From the human T2T-CHM13v2.0 reference genome, Homo sapiens, in NCBI RefSeq assembly GCF_009914755.1, contig NC_060934.1: a DNA stretch of 64,000 bases; one strand, 5' to 3'. Of the stretch, positions 29,798 to 62,223 are shown piece by piece (the first letter of the stretch is position 1; each line of letters begins with the position of its first letter). Position numbers and translations under genes: made by a program. Below the pieces are notes generated by a model. It did no database searches. It was not told the origin of the DNA and saw only the letters and a program-made list of their open reading frames with translations.

Positions 29798-30092
29798 TTT
29801 TTTTTTTTGAGACAGTGTTTCACTCTTATTGCCCAGCCCAGAGCGCAATGGCACAATCTCGGCTCACTGCAACCTCCGCCTCTTGAGTTCAGGTGATTCT
29901 CCTGCCTCAGCCTCCTGAGTAGCTGGGATTACAGGCGTGCACCACCACGCCCAGCTAATTTTTGCATTTTTAGTAGAAACTGGGTTTCACCATGGTGGTC
30001 AGGCTGGTCTTGAACTCCTGACCTCAGGTAATCTACCCACCCCGGCCTCCCAAAGTGCTTGGATTACAGCCATGAGCCACCACACCTGGCCG
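29798..30092 (-). mobile_element. AluS inside a MER5-like element
   Basis: Reverse Alu consensus. Confidence 0.9.
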
Positions 30093-30545
30093 ATACTAAT
30101 TTTTTAAGCAAGCCAGGTGACTCTGAAGTGCAGCTGGCATTGAGCAGCACAGATCTAAACCTATAAATGTCCCCTATATGCCTCCCCCGACCTCTGTGGT
30201 GCTTCCCCATCACATACAGATGTGCTGCAGAGAGCATGCTGGGAACTTCACAGTCCTAGTGCTTGAAACGCATTGTCACTTTCACCTCTGTTATTCTGGG
30301 TACATCAGATGTCCTATCCCAACCTCAGTTTTCTTATATGTGCAGTAATTAATTTAGATGAGGTATTCTGGAAGGTCAGAATCCAAAGAACAAGTTATCA
30401 TTAGGGGGTGTGGAGAGTGAAGGTGGTGACTATTTAAAGTGCAAAAATGTACCAAGATTATCATCTTTCTTTTGCACATATCTAAATGTGCATCTGGGCA
30501 CCACATACTCTGTGAGTTCTCCTCTACTTTGAACCACTCCTCCCC

Positions 30546-31903
30546 GAAGAAGAAAAATAACTTTTTACCTGAAGAATGTGAGCCCCTTTAAATTATCAGG
30601 CCCAGAAAAGTATCTAAAATATAATGGCAGTCAGGTCTCACTCCCCCTTGAGCTAAATAATTACCTCTCGAAGCCCCTTGCCATGCAGCTCTAGACTAAC
30701 TGAAGCCAAATGGCCACAAAAACGCCATACATCCTGTACTTCAACAATGAATAGCCAATCAGTAACTAATGCCAATTCTCTAGACCAATGAAAATTCCTA
30801 ATAAATTTTATAATCACCCCTTCTCCTGATTTTTTTTTCTTTATAAATATTCTCCAGAGCACTCCCCAAGGCAAACTGATGATGTATCCTGGGCTGCAGT
30901 TCTCAAGCTTGGCCCAAATGAGAAGATTTTTCTCGGCCCCTTTGCCAGGCACGCAGCAGGAGGCACCCCATCTACTGGGCCTGCCAGGCCGCATCTGGCT
31001 TGCACTCCGGCGCAGATCCCACAGCAGCTGCTGCTGCATGCTCAGGCCCTGGTGGGAGGGGGTATGTGAGTGAGCAAGTGTGGGGTCCAGCCAGCCATTC
31101 CAAATGCTGGCACAGGGGTGGGCTCCATGCGGGGTTTGCAGCTGGACCAGGTGTGTCACTCCAAGGGGAATGCAGTGGTGCCCAGGCAGGGGTGCCCATG
31201 ACCCTAAAGCCCCAAAAGAGTGTTACAATGTGCTCATTAGCTCTTTTAGTCCCACCATCCATAGCCCAACAGACGGTGGCATGTTAACAGCTCAGTCAGC
31301 CCCTTGCCCCATTCCAGCCCGCAGCTCCGGGGCCAGCTCCGCCCCATCACTACTTTCCATCACATGAGGCATCTGCCCTCTGCCAGTGAAGGGCAGAGGG
31401 CCACAGTGTTACAGCCTTGTGAGTACCCATGTTCAGTGAGTCTGGAGTTCTTGTCCGTCAAAGAAGAATGAGGTCACACTGGCAACTGAGGGGTGGTGAG
31501 GGCAGAGAAGTTTATTAAGCGACAAAACAGCTCTCAGCAGAGAGGAGACGGGAAGGTGGTCTCCTCCAGTGTGGCTGAGTCTGGGGTTTTTATAGGCACA
31601 GGATGGGGGAGGGGCAGGCCATAGGTAGTATCAGAAAAGGCAACATTCAACTGGTCAAAAAGCGTTATTCAGAAAGAACCAATCGGGAAAGAGTGGGCAA
31701 ATAGGAACAGAAGTTCTCACTCTGGGTCACAGGTTTCATCCAGAACCAACAGTTCAGTCTTTCAGACTTCAGGCTGTTTTTGGCTTGAAGGTGGTGTTTC
31801 ACTGGGGACCGCCCCTATCAGCCTAGGCATTTTGTCTGCCTCCTGCTATCATGAATAACTTTATGATTATTAATTTTGCCTCAGCTTCTTCCTTTAACTT
31901 GAC
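30546..31903 (+). mobile_element. ERV1-type LTR (copy A) interrupted by a MER52-like LTR
   Basis: Homologous to 34752-35462 (GTGAGCCCCTTTAAATTATCAGGCCCAG...ATTAATTTTGCCTCAGCTTCTTCC). Confidence 0.75.
30919..31851 (-). mobile_element. MER52-like ERV1 LTR
   Basis: Minus strand begins TGATAGCAGGAGGCAGACAAAATGCCTAGGCTGATAGGGGCGG, like MER52; ends in CA. Confidence 0.75.
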
Positions 31904-32386
31904 ATCCCCTTTGTGATACAGCCAGGCTATCAGCTCTACGCCATCTCTTCCTTATCTAGATGTCACCCTTATCTGAAAGAATCCTTCTCCCGAAGCTTCC
32001 TCTCTCCCAAACTCCTCCAACTGTATGTGTTGGGGGTGGGGAGGGGGAGCTAGCAACTTATTTATTGATCTGTAATTCTGTGCCAGGTCCTCCACCAGGA
32101 GCTTGACCTACTCCATCTTTTTTAATCCTCCTAACTCCCCTGAAAGGTAGATAGCATCCCACTTCCTCACAGCTAAGGAAAGGGAGTATCTAACCACAGC
32201 AGTTGCCCTGATGTTCTACCCCAAATCCAAAGCCTGTGTCTGACTCTCCCTGCCTCCCGCTTCACCACCCCTCCACTTCATCCCCAGGGCACTAAGTGCC
32301 GTCAGCAGGTTCCTGCCCACCTGTTCACCACTGGACATAGGCCCTGAGGCCCTACAACCAGTGTGTACTGCATGAGTAAGCCCTAA

Positions 32387-32710
<324 letters not shown>

Positions 32711-33060
32711 TAGGATTTTCTAATAGGATCACGCCACGCCCCTGCTTCAACCCCTTTCTTCAGTGACCCCACTGCTCACCAAATTAAGCCCAAAGGCCCT
32801 CATTGTCATTGGCCACCGTCTCCACAACTCCCTGTACTTTCCTACCTCTGGGTCCTCTCTGACTTTTAAAGCCTTCAAAGAATTTAGCAGGAAGATAGCT
32901 TTGTTAAAAATCACCTGCCCTAAGGTCATCTCTGGTGAGAATAACTGAATGCAAATTAAACTGACTCATCATAATAATAGTATGTCCTAAGGCAACCTGC
33001 AAATGTGGAATCTCCAGTACACACACACAGAGAGAGACTGAATTAGAATCTGCATCTTAA

Positions 33061-33352
33061 GGCTGGGCACTGTGGTTCACACCTATAATCCCAGCACTTT
33101 GGGAGTCCAAGGCAGGTGGACCACTTGAGCTAAGGAGTTCAAGACCACCCTGGGAAACATGGCAAAACCCTGTCTCTACCAAAAATACAAACCAATTAGC
33201 CAAATCTGGTGGCACACGGCCATGGTCCTAGCTAGTAGAGAGGTTGAAGTGGGAGAATCGCTTGAGCCTGGGAGGTGGAAGTTGCAGTGAACCGAGATCA
33301 TACCACTTCACTCCAACCTAGGTGACAGTGAGACTATGTCTCCAAAACAAAA
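33061..33352 (+). mobile_element. AluJ
   Basis: Diverged Alu; AATCTGCATCTTAA TSD. Confidence 0.9.
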
Positions 33353-34039
33353 ATCTGCATCTTAATAAGATTCCTAAGACAGGTTCTCAACCTTGAATGC
33401 CCTGGAGAGCTTACCTGGCCTGGGTGCCACCCCAGTTGTAATTGGTATGAGGAGGCCTCCCAGTAACTGCTCACTCATTTAAACGTAGTCATTCAGTGAC
33501 AGAGCACTACCCTGACAGAGTACCAAAGACTCAACTCTCATACTGCTAAGAGGTAACTTTTTAGAACCTGGGGGAGGCAGGGAGCAATGTGACACAATTA
33601 ACTTGAGTTTTTTTTCTTTGAAAAGCAAGTCACTTCTAGGGATTTACTCCATAGAAACACTGTGCACTTTTGCACCATTGTGAAAAGATATGAAGTGGTC
33701 ACAAGTTTTATTCAAGTCAAATGGTCCCAATATGAGATGAAATTACAGTATACCCATATATGATGAAATACTAATTATTTGAGAATAAGACGGAAAAACA
33801 TCCAAAATACTCTGTTCAGGTAAAAAAAAAAAAAAAAGAAAGAAAGAAAAAAGAAAAAGTTGCAGAACACCACATATAAAAAGGATAACTTTAAAAAAAT
33901 GATAAACATTAGTATATGCACAGAGAACGCGCTACTTTGAAAGGGAAGTATGAGACCTATCTTTTAGATGTATTCTTTTTATAACTTCTAGTTTTCTGTA
34001 GATCAGAGTTGAAATGCTGTTAGAAAACACATGGAATAT

Positions 34040-35462
<1,423 letters not shown>

Positions 35463-35479
35463 ATAATCATCACAAAACA

Positions 35480-36118
35480 GACATTTGAAATATAAGCTTT
35501 ATTTTAAATTTAAAGAAGTATTGAAAATAAACATTTTTTACAAATTATAATCAAGCACTCAAAACAATTTAGGAATGTTAAACACTAATTCTTAATTCAA
35601 AATAATGACATCCATAGAATACAACCCTGGTGTTGGCCAATATGAAGTTTACTTAATATTAGTATTTTATATACACTTAACCATTAATCCTTCCTAAAAT
35701 TCAATAACAATGATTTCACTTTATAAGATGAAGCCTTTTATGCAATACCCAGAGATAACTTTTTCAAATATGAAACACTTATACCAGTGAGGAAATTATA
35801 AAAACATATATCAATTATACTGAAGGACTTGATTTAGAGGCTGTCTGTATATAGATGCATTTCACCTTAGGAAGTACACATGCACATCAAAACACTTCAA
35901 CTGAATATAGATGCCATTACATTATTTAGTTACGTTACAAAGCAAACGGCAGGTTCATAAACGTTGTTCTATTATGTATCAACTGAAAAAAATATATTCA
36001 AAAAAAAAGTTTTTGAAGACTCATGGGAGTGGAATGTGCCCACATTAGGAATAAAGCTTTTACAGGACCACCTGTCTCCAGCTGGCTCCCAGGGACCACT
36101 GAAAACAGCTGGCTACCC
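35480..36118 (-). other. OAT: OAT 3' UTR
   Basis: AT-rich region between the stop codon and the poly(A) signal; contains a Pumilio-type TGTATATA at 35675-35668. Confidence 0.85.
35498..35503 (-). terminator. OAT polyadenylation signal AATAAA
   Basis: Plus-strand TTTATT; a GU-rich tract (TGTTTTGTG) follows ~20 nt downstream on the minus strand. Confidence 0.88.
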
Positions 36119-36307
<189 letters not shown>

Positions 36308-36405
36308 TCAAAGATAAACGTTTAAACATCCCTTGCCATATGTATGGGCAAAGTGCAGCCTGGCAAAACAAAATTAACAGAACTTGCTCAACTAAGGGAA
36401 GCTTG

Positions 36406-38945
<2,540 letters not shown>

Positions 38946-38977
38946 TTAAATACCAAGTGTATTTTAGGTCTTCCTTA

Positions 38978-39157
<180 letters not shown>

Positions 39158-39847
39158 CTACGTTTAAAGAAAAATTATACAAATATTAAGACTGTCCTTT
39201 TTTTGTTTTTTGGAGGACAACGGGGACTGTAAACACAGGAAAAACATGACTAGATAAAAGACCAGAGGAACTTAACTTTCATTGCTATTTTTCAAAGCCT
39301 GTATTAATTTCTAATTAAACATACACTAGCTCAGAGTCTTGCTTTCATCACAAATCTATTGCCAATCATTCATGGCAAAATAAGGATTAAAGTTTATTTA
39401 ATGCAACTCACATACTGTCATTAATTGAATACATCAATGGACGAAATGTAATTCCTAAACTGCAATAGTTTCTTCCCCCCTCACAAAGATCTGTCCTCAG
39501 AGATTACATAATAATTGTATACCTTCAGCAGGCACTTAAAAAATCAGTCTGAAAACATTATAAATCCACACTTGAAAGAAGACTTGCTTGCTAAGCAAAA
39601 AGACGGGTCTGGTAGGTGGGTCACAGTTGAGAGTTCTATGAGGGCCAGCCAGGGCCGAAGAACTCAAAGCGCCAGGTGACTGTGAACTCAGGAAGCCCAC
39701 GGAGGAAATCCAGTCTACTAGGCCAAGTTTAAATTACTTTTTGAGAATATCTTGTTCCTAAAATTTTTCCTCTATACTTCATGTTTTCTAATATTTGGCA
39801 TTCTTATTGAATTTTTTATTATACCAGTGGGCCCAAATTAAAAATCA

Positions 39848-40373
<526 letters not shown>

Positions 40374-40943
40374 AGAAACTGATACTTAATGACTTCAACG
40401 AAAGAGTTTACATCTGCCAACCTAACTACCAGTAACAACCTAATGACTTAGTCATACCCTAAAACATTACAAATACTTTAGGTACACTTCAATGGCACAA
40501 AACAATATAATTTTGCAACTAAAAGAGAAAAGCTATTTCTGCAATGATATAATTTCACAATCACTTCCAACGTCGAGATGAAATGCTTTGTTTAAATGCT
40601 TAAAAAACAAAGCTGAGCATTCTTTTTAGCAAAAGTTTTGTCTATTCAGCAAAAACATCTATACTTCAGAGACCTCTGATGTAGTAACAATTACTGGCTC
40701 TGAAAGGCAAACCCAAGACATGAACTACAACAAACATTAATTTTTCTCAGTCTCTTTGTTCACCAGTCATGGTTTTAAACAATTAGTAATATGCCATGTT
40801 TCTGAACACTGGAAAAAAGGACAGGAGTCTACAGGAGTCCTTTGGGGGTAAACTGTTTCCACCCAAATCCAATGTCATAGCAAATTCCAAGGCACACTCA
40901 ATTCTTCAGGCAATAAGTAAGTGGGTCACACACTGGTCCCTTA

Positions 40944-41228
<285 letters not shown>

Positions 41229-41828
41229 CTATTGGGGAAAAAAAATACCCCTATTAGTGATCACTTTCGTTTCCACAGGGAAAATAGCCATCCTTATTTC
41301 ACTGTCCCCCCACCAACAATAAATGTGTAATTCTGATGTGCCCTCAAATTTGTAAAAATGTTTTAACTGCACACAATTTCAAGAGTATCCTATAAGAATC
41401 TTGTAGACTCACCAACTCTTTCCTTTGTCAGGCCACTATCTCCCTAGAGGCCCATTCTGCCCTGCTCTACATAGTGAAAAGGTGCTGATGCAAAGGTGAG
41501 GGTTTTGTATGGCTTTTCTGGACCTAACTACCCTCTGGGAAGAAATTAATTCATTTGTTTATTCCACAAGCATTTAATATGTGACAGAAACTCTCAAATG
41601 GTAAACAAAATATACTACTATTAGCCCTGGGGGAAAGGAGGAGAGAATACAACAAAGGGCTTGCGGGGGCTCAGAGTGAAAGGCTCTTAGAGCAGCGAGG
41701 AAGGAAACGCTGTTAAGACCAGGTCTGCAGTTCTGCACAGGGCCCAGGACAAGGCCAGAGACAGGAAAAAGTCTGCTTCTGTGCAGGTTTCTAAGCACTA
41801 GGAAGTACTTAAGCTCTTAGAATGCCAT

Positions 41829-41841
41829 CGCCCTCTAGTGG
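41829..41841 (-). promoter_or_regulatory. CTCF core motif (OAT intron 6)
   Basis: Minus strand reads CCACTAGAGGGCG, matching the CTCF core CCAC/GYAGRKGGCR. Confidence 0.65.
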
Positions 41842-41904
41842 AAAGTAATTTAATCTTTGCATTTATCCAATCAGCAGAATTCAGAGAGGAGTTGGGGAGG
41901 AGCC

Positions 41905-42093
<189 letters not shown>

Positions 42094-42294
42094 CTACAGA
42101 AGAAACAGGAATAAGTTTTAATAACTTCCTTTCTACCACACTTGGAAATCTGAAAGCATATACCACACATATTTTACATTAAGTATGCAAATCAAGTTTT
42201 CGCACTAACGTAAATTCTGACTTCAAATTCACTGCCATTCAATTATCAGAAGCTCCAAATACCTCACCTTTAAGTTACACTAGCCTACATTTCC

Positions 42295-43227
<933 letters not shown>

Positions 43228-43599
43228 TTAATTACTTAAATTAAATCTAAAGTAAATAGCCTTTTAAAGCCAACTTAAGGCTTTCTTAAAAAGTCTTCCA
43301 CTTCATAATTTTAAAAAGCTAGCTAAAAACAGAAATTTTACCTAGTAAGTAAGCAGGTATACCGAAGTTAACTGTTATGAAGGACACACATCTAAAGTAG
43401 TTGGCTGGCTGTACAGAGTAGATCACAGAACTCAGCTTTCTCTGTGTTGGAAACTAATTGATCGCTACTGAGAACAAGTCTGAAATCGTGGCTTAACTTA
43501 AGTGAGATAAATTTGCATTACTGTCATATAATGTACTTTTAATTCATATATTCAACAGCTTTAATTTCTATTCCCAATGAGCTGAGCACTATGACGCTA

Positions 43600-43782
<183 letters not shown>

Positions 43783-44382
43783 TCAATAAGCACTATCCCC
43801 GCAAAACACCACAAGAAGTTTGACTCAAAAAATAAATCAAGGGCTTGCTTTAGTGCACCTTCGGTGGGCTTTCAATTGTTAAAACAAAGTCTGATATTAA
43901 ACACCATGGCTCCTATGACACAAGGCCACTAAGTCTGGCCTTGTAATTCCTATTTTAGGCATTTCTCTCTACTGAGCCTCTTGACTGGAATATATAGCCC
44001 CTGAAGATAGATAACTTACTTTTCTTTCAATAATCCCCAACCCAAAACCAAGCCCTAACAATTGAGGTCTTGAATGCATGTTTTCTAGAGAAGGTGCATT
44101 TATGATAGTGATATGAGAAAGAATATCCTTCATAGACAATTAGCGGTTTTCCTTTCAAAACTCCAATACTGCAGGCTAACAACAGAATGCATTTCCAATT
44201 TCATTTGGAGAAAAGATCCTCAAGCAATCCAAACACGTTTCCATTTTACCTTCCTTGATATTATAATCCTTTATGATGCTAAATGACAGACGTCTCCCTT
44301 TCTGCTGGAATATTTTTTATCCATTAATAAAGGTGACTGAGGATCTACTATGTCAGGCATTGTTTTAGATGTTGGGGAATAG

Positions 44383-45008
<626 letters not shown>

Positions 45009-46424
45009 TCATGATCACAACTGGCAAGATCCCTATCCTCAGGGAGCTTCCTTTCTAGCAGGGAGAAAACACCTGACATAAACCAGTAAAGCAAGTGAGC
45101 TAGATAATTTCAGAGAGGATGACATTCAAGAAGGAAAGACACCATGTAAAATAACAGAGAGGTTGGGAGTTTGTGACATCATGTTTTTATCTTCTCACCA
45201 CTTCTGCCAGCAGCAACTCCATTAATCAGTGCTGGATTATCGTATTTTGGCTTCATCTCGTTTCTAAATACTATTCTTGCAAAGCCTCTTTCACCAGCAT
45301 CCCTTACCCACAAGTAATCTCTTCTTTCACTTGTCCACAAAAAATAGCACATTGATTTTGACTAGGTTTGTTTAAGAAGAAATGCACTGATTAGACCATA
45401 AGCCTATTTGCTCTCCCCTGCCTAGCCTCAGGAACCTCATCCTCAGTCACTTACCCTGCAGGTATAAGGGACTTACAGTTAGGGACAGTCTTCCTCTGTC
45501 TCTCCACCCCACTGACTCACCAGCTTCTTTCAATACTCAGGTGAAAACATCTTTGCACCCTTTGCTATTAAGAAAGAGACTGGACACAGTCTATAAGAAT
45601 GAAAATCACCAGAAACACCATTTTTGTTTGCAAGAGACAGTTATGTTGTCCTACAACGAAAGCACAAGATTTTTAAATGGCAAGTTACAGAGTTTTGCTA
45701 AGATTTCTTCTTTGGGAATACCAATCTGTCCCCTCAAATACCAATCACCTCTGGCCTTCGGTTGAACTCTGGATTCTATTATGTTATGGGGTTTATCATT
45801 TAACTGCATGTGTTCACAAGGCAGAATATTTAATGATTTCAACTATCACAAGAATGAACTTTGACCATTATAGTGACAAATGTACACATACTTGTTTTTT
45901 AAAAAAATAAAGCTTAAAAAACAAGTCAGAACCTCTCATTTGAATATCATATAAAGAACCCAACAGTCAAACTACATCTTCTCAATTAATTGCTAGTCTC
46001 CCTAACCAAAATTCAAGTTATTCCTTTCATCCAGTCCCAGAAACCTAACAAGGGCAACTCCAAGCCTCCTCTTTTCAACAGCTTCTAAGAGGAACATGGC
46101 ACAACAGGACCTCCAATATCAAGATTCAAACCACAGTCTATGTAGGCCATGGCCCCACACTAACTTCACCCAACCCCAGCACCCAACACAAACCCTCCAC
46201 CAGTGAGACTATCTAATTAACTGGATAACTGCTATGAAAAAAATCTGACAGGCAAATGAGAGGAATATGGAGTTCAGAAAGAAAAATCTCATATATGAAG
46301 AAATAATCCCAAGAAGAGGAAATCCCTCATAAATTTTTATGAAACATTCAGCAAATACGTATCATGTACCAGGCAAAACATATTACAAGTATTTCATCAG
46401 CAAATTAAAACAGTAAATTTACAC

Positions 46425-46456
46425 ATATATATATGTTTTTTATATATAAAATATAT

Positions 46457-46528
<72 letters not shown>

Positions 46529-46532
46529 TTTT
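46425..46532. repeat. Compound microsatellite (TA)n-(GT)20-(AT)11-Tn
   Basis: Read directly; forms the tail of a minus-strand Alu monomer (46521-46655). Confidence 0.95.
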
Positions 46533-46534
46533 AA

Positions 46535-46660
<126 letters not shown>

Positions 46661-46707
46661 TAAATTATATTGTATGTTTCAATCATAGAAGTTAATATTT
46701 AATTTCA

Positions 46708-46851
<144 letters not shown>

Positions 46852-46911
46852 CTATCAAAAAATAAAAAGATTATTTTTGAGGGTATTTAACAAAAAAAGG
46901 AAATGTTTTAC

Positions 46912-47136
46912 CTGTATTCATAGGAAGAACTTTGTGGTAGTTGAAAAGTTTAGTAATATACTCCTCATATTCACCAAGTACGTTATTATAGAAAGCTCTA
47001 GATGTTAAGGTCAATTTGTCCACTTGACTCTTCAGAGCATTCACAATCTTGGGGTGACAATGCCCTTGGTTGACAGCACTGTAAGAACTCAGGAAGTCAA
47101 AATATTTTCTGCCTTCTACATCCCATAAGTAAATAC
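46912..47136 (-). CDS. OAT: OAT exon 3
   Basis: 225 nt, (G)[28 protein letters not shown]...VLPMNT; TTTTAG| acceptor, |GTAAAA donor. Confidence 0.98.
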
Positions 47137-47453
47137 CTAAAATACATAAGAAAGGAAAATAATTTTAGACAATTACTATACGGCATAAAGTCCAAAAATT
47201 AAGAGTGCTAGCAAGCCCTCTGAATGCCTATATATGAACCTCTATTTAATACATATTTGTAGTTAAAGCTTGTTTTAGCTCAGGCATAATAAACTTTGGT
47301 TTGTAAGGAATTACTAAAAATTGTATTTTATCTGCCCAGCTTCAAAACACACATTTAACAAAAATAACACAAAAAGGTTATAAACTCTGGAGTAAAACCT
47401 TTACCTAATTCTAAGATTTAGGATCCAAAATTAGAATTTAAAAGCAGAAGTTA

Positions 47454-48150
47454 GGCAGGGAGCCGTGGCTCACGCCTGTAATCCTAGCACTTTGGGAGAC
47501 CAAGGCAGGGATTGCTTGAGCCCAGGAGTTCCAGATCAGCCTGGACAACACGGCAAAATCCCTGACGCTACAGAAAAATGCTGGGCATGGTAGTGCGCGC
47601 GTATGGTCCCGTTACAGAGGCTGAGGTGGGAGGATTGCTTGAGCCTGGGAGGTAGAGGATTCAGTGAGTTGAGATTGTGCCACTGCACTCCAGCCTGGAC
47701 ACCAGAGCAAAATCCTGCCTATAAAAAAAATAAAATAAAATAAATAAAATTTAAAAATAAAAAAGCAGAAGTTACACATAACAAACAAAAATCATGAGAA
47801 GTAGACTGTAATAACCCTTAGGATGGAAAAAAAATATTTGTAAATCATGTGTCTGATAAGGATCTAATATCCAGAATTCTTACAACTCAATTTCAAAAGG
47901 ACAAACAACCCAATTTAAAAAATGGGGAAAGACTTGAATAGCTATTTCTTCAAAGAGGATATACAAATGGCAAGAAACACATGAAAAGATGTTCAACATC
48001 ACTAATCATTAGGAAAATGCAAGTTAAAACCACAATGAGATACCATCTCATACTCCCTGGGATGGTTATAATTAAAAAAACAACTTTTGACAAGGATCTG
48101 AAGAAATTGGCACTCTCATACATTGCTAGTGGGAAAGTAAAAACAAGGTT
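47454..48150 (+). mobile_element. AluJ (47454-47750) and L1 ORF2 3' fragment (~47810-48150)
   Basis: ORF 47981 MKRCSTSLIIRKMQVKTTMRYHL is the L1 ORF2 C-terminal motif. Confidence 0.88.
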
Positions 48151-48696
48151 GCCATGTCATGTAATATGAAACAGATTTTCAATAGTTCAAAAGAAGATAT
48201 GTCTACAGTACTGGTACCAAATAAAATACAAGCAAATGACCAAAATGTGTGATACTCTTATATTGTCATTTTCTGGTACAAAGCTAAGTAATAAACTTTG
48301 GTTTTATTTGGTTAAGGCTGTTATTTATTCCAAATTGTAGATTAAATCACCATTTGGCAACTACCACCGTAATCATTTATTCAGGCAAGAATCATTAGTG
48401 GATGCTGAAATTGTGAGTAAAAGTTCATGAGTAACTGGATATTTACAGAGTTTTACACTCTGTCCCCACAAGATACTTAATACAAAGGGAAAGAAGACCA
48501 AGACAACCAAGGATTGAGGAACTGTTCTGGGTTAAAGAAGACTAAACATGACAACTGAATGCAACTCATCGGAGGTTTTTCTTTTGTTATAAAAGAGAAC
48601 AAATGACATCTGGATTAGGTCTCTAGACTAATGGTGCTGTACCAGTGTTAAGTTCTTGATTTTTACAATTACTCTATGGTTATAAAAGAGAAAGTC

Positions 48697-50049
<1,353 letters not shown>

Positions 50050-50106
50050 CTAGAAAAATGTATATTGTGAAAATATGGAAGCAATTTTTTTTTATAAAAG
50101 GTTTCA

Positions 50107-55763
<5,657 letters not shown>

Positions 55764-57049
55764 AAAAATAAGCTTTTTAATTTAACGCTCGTTTTTATGA
55801 AAAGATTCATCTAAAGACAGAACCAGGATATTCTAATGAAAGGAGTCTATTGTTATTTCACATGGCTAAGAGCGATTGATTACAATCTAAAGAACAGTTC
55901 CGGGGTTAACTGAAAGAACTAGCTTATCCACAGAAACCCTTTCAATCCCAGAAGGAGAAATTTAGAATTTGGAAACTGAACATTAGTCATTTCTTAAGGT
56001 AAAGCCACTTCATTCCAAAGTCACTGTCTGTTCGCCCTTAATTTATCACCGTAATTTATCTAAGAGGTAAAACTGAACACCGAAAAGGTAAGATGTAGAG
56101 TGACAAAAGGAGACGGTGGGTCACAGGGCGAGTGCCCAGGTGACTTCGGGCCTCAGTCCTCTCGCCAGCAAAGGGCGGACAATGACCCCTCCCGTCCCGC
56201 CCGGGAAGGCGATCGAGGAAACGCACTGGCCAGGCCCATTTACTGATGCTCAGCAGGGTTTGCAAAAAGCCCCCAACGGGAGGTTTTCATGCTGAAAGTC
56301 CTGTTGCCCCCCCATCCCCCACCATCTAATTAACCTGCACGTTACTGTAAGGAAGGTTCTGCTTCCGTAATTTTCTTTATTTCGACAGAGGCTGGAGAAA
56401 AAAAATCATAGGCTGGAAGAGGGGAGCGATGGGCAGGCCGATCTGCAGGGCGCAGGAGCAGGCCGGGAGGACCCAGCCCTCCAAGGCTGCATCAGCGCCC
56501 CCGCCGCGTGACCAGGGCCACCGGTTTACTGCACAGCTCCCCCGTCCCCAGAACGCAGCCTCCCCGCCAACCTCAGGAACCAAGGGTGCCCAAAGGCCTC
56601 CTACCCGGAACCCCGGGGCGCCTCGGGGTCTCTGGGCCGGGTGGGCCGAGTCCTGGCCTCCACAGGCCGCGAGCGCAGGGGGCGGCGGCTCCGCCCGGTC
56701 TGGCAGGCGGGGCTGCCACATCCTCAGCCTCTCCCTGCCGCCCGCCCGTCGGCCGCTCTGGGCTGGAACCAGGACTCCGGCCTGCAAGCCGTGGGTCGCC
56801 ACGCCCCTGCCCCCTGAAGCTGCGCGCCGGCCGGAGACTCCAGGGCGCCCGGGTCCGAGCCGCCCGCAGAGTAAACGGGCCGCTGAAGCGGGGCTCGTTC
56901 CCCGGCCGAGGCCCAGCGCGCCCCCTCAGCCAGCATCCCCCGAACCCGGGCCGCGGCCACCCCGCGCCCGCCCGCCTCCCCCGCCGCTGTCAGGGAACCC
57001 CGGCCAGGGCCCGAACCAGAGCCCCAGGACAGCGGCGCCCAGACGGTAC

Positions 57050-57100
57050 CTGACAGCGCCTGAGGACAACCGGGTACACGCGGCGTCTATGAAGCGCAAC
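57050..57100 (-). other. OAT: OAT exon 1 (non-coding 5' UTR)
   Basis: Donor CAG|GTACCG (GT at 57049-57048) inside the CpG island; TTTAA TATA-like box ~25-30 nt upstream of 57100. TSS approximate. Confidence 0.85.
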
Positions 57101-57235
57101 AGTGACGCCGGAGCGTCACTGCAACTTAAAGGCTGATTCTGCCCCGCCCCCAAGACACCCTCGCCGCTCATTGGCTGGGGCGGAGGGCAGGATACCAATC
57201 GCGTGGGTCCCGTCCTCCGCCCCGCCCTCCGGCCG
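57100..57235 (-). promoter_or_regulatory. OAT core/proximal promoter
   Basis: TTTAA (57130-57126), GC boxes (57141-57150, 57177-57185, ~57215-57228), CCAAT boxes (57174-57170 minus, 57195-57199 plus), two TGACG half-CREs. Confidence 0.85.
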
Positions 57236-58019
57236 CGCATCAAGGATCTTTGCTCCTCCCGCGGATTCGATCCGCGCTCGCGCCTCCTGAGCCCGCCGGC
57301 CTGTACCTGAGCTCAGGCCCCTCGGTCGCCTCCTCTGGCGGGACGAGAAGAGTCCTTGTCCGCCCTTGCTGACGAGAAGACTGAGGCCCGAAAAGGAAAA
57401 GTCTGTTGGGCCCCCCACTGCGCGGGCCGGGTGTGGCTGGAGGCCGAGAGACGTGAGGCTGGACCGCCCGCCCTGTGCTCCTGGAGGGAGGGACCAGCCC
57501 CAGCTCTGCCCCAGCCACAGCTGCGGGAGCCCCATGCCCTTGAACCCTGATGCGCCGCGCGGCTTAGTTGTGCCTCTGAATCCACCTCCAAAAGTCGTCG
57601 CTGCCTATGGAAAACACACTGCCCACCTGTTCGCAGCTGCTGTCAGATAATTGAGTGGCAGCAACCCACTCACAGTACAGATTTGCCTGTGGTGCCCTCC
57701 ACAGCCGGTTATTAAATTCAGAACACAAAATAGATATTCCGGGACAACCTCATGTTAGAATCGGAAGGGACTTGGACTTCACTTAGCCCACAACAAGATG
57801 TTAAATATTGGAAAACAGAGACCCAGAGAAGGAAAGCGACTTACCCAGTCATCCAACAGTAGGGGCAGTCTGGTCCTGTGTGCCCCTCGCCACCCCTCTC
57901 AGAGGGCAGGCGCTGGCAGCTGCCGGCACCACACTCCATTAGACCACAATGACCAGTCGGGGGCCCAGCTGGAAACAGAGGGCACACTCCAATGTGAACA
58001 TTTCCTAAAACGTGGTGGT

Positions 58020-61129
<3,110 letters not shown>

Positions 61130-61131
61130 TA

Positions 61132-62223
<1,092 letters not shown>

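Larger units (their letters stand above)
56130..57600. promoter_or_regulatory. OAT CpG island
   Basis: Very GC- and CpG-dense region spanning exon 1 and proximal intron 1. Confidence 0.92.

Noticed and set aside
56377-57650. Long ORFs (up to 235 aa) over the OAT promoter
   Set aside because: Same CpG-island artefact.
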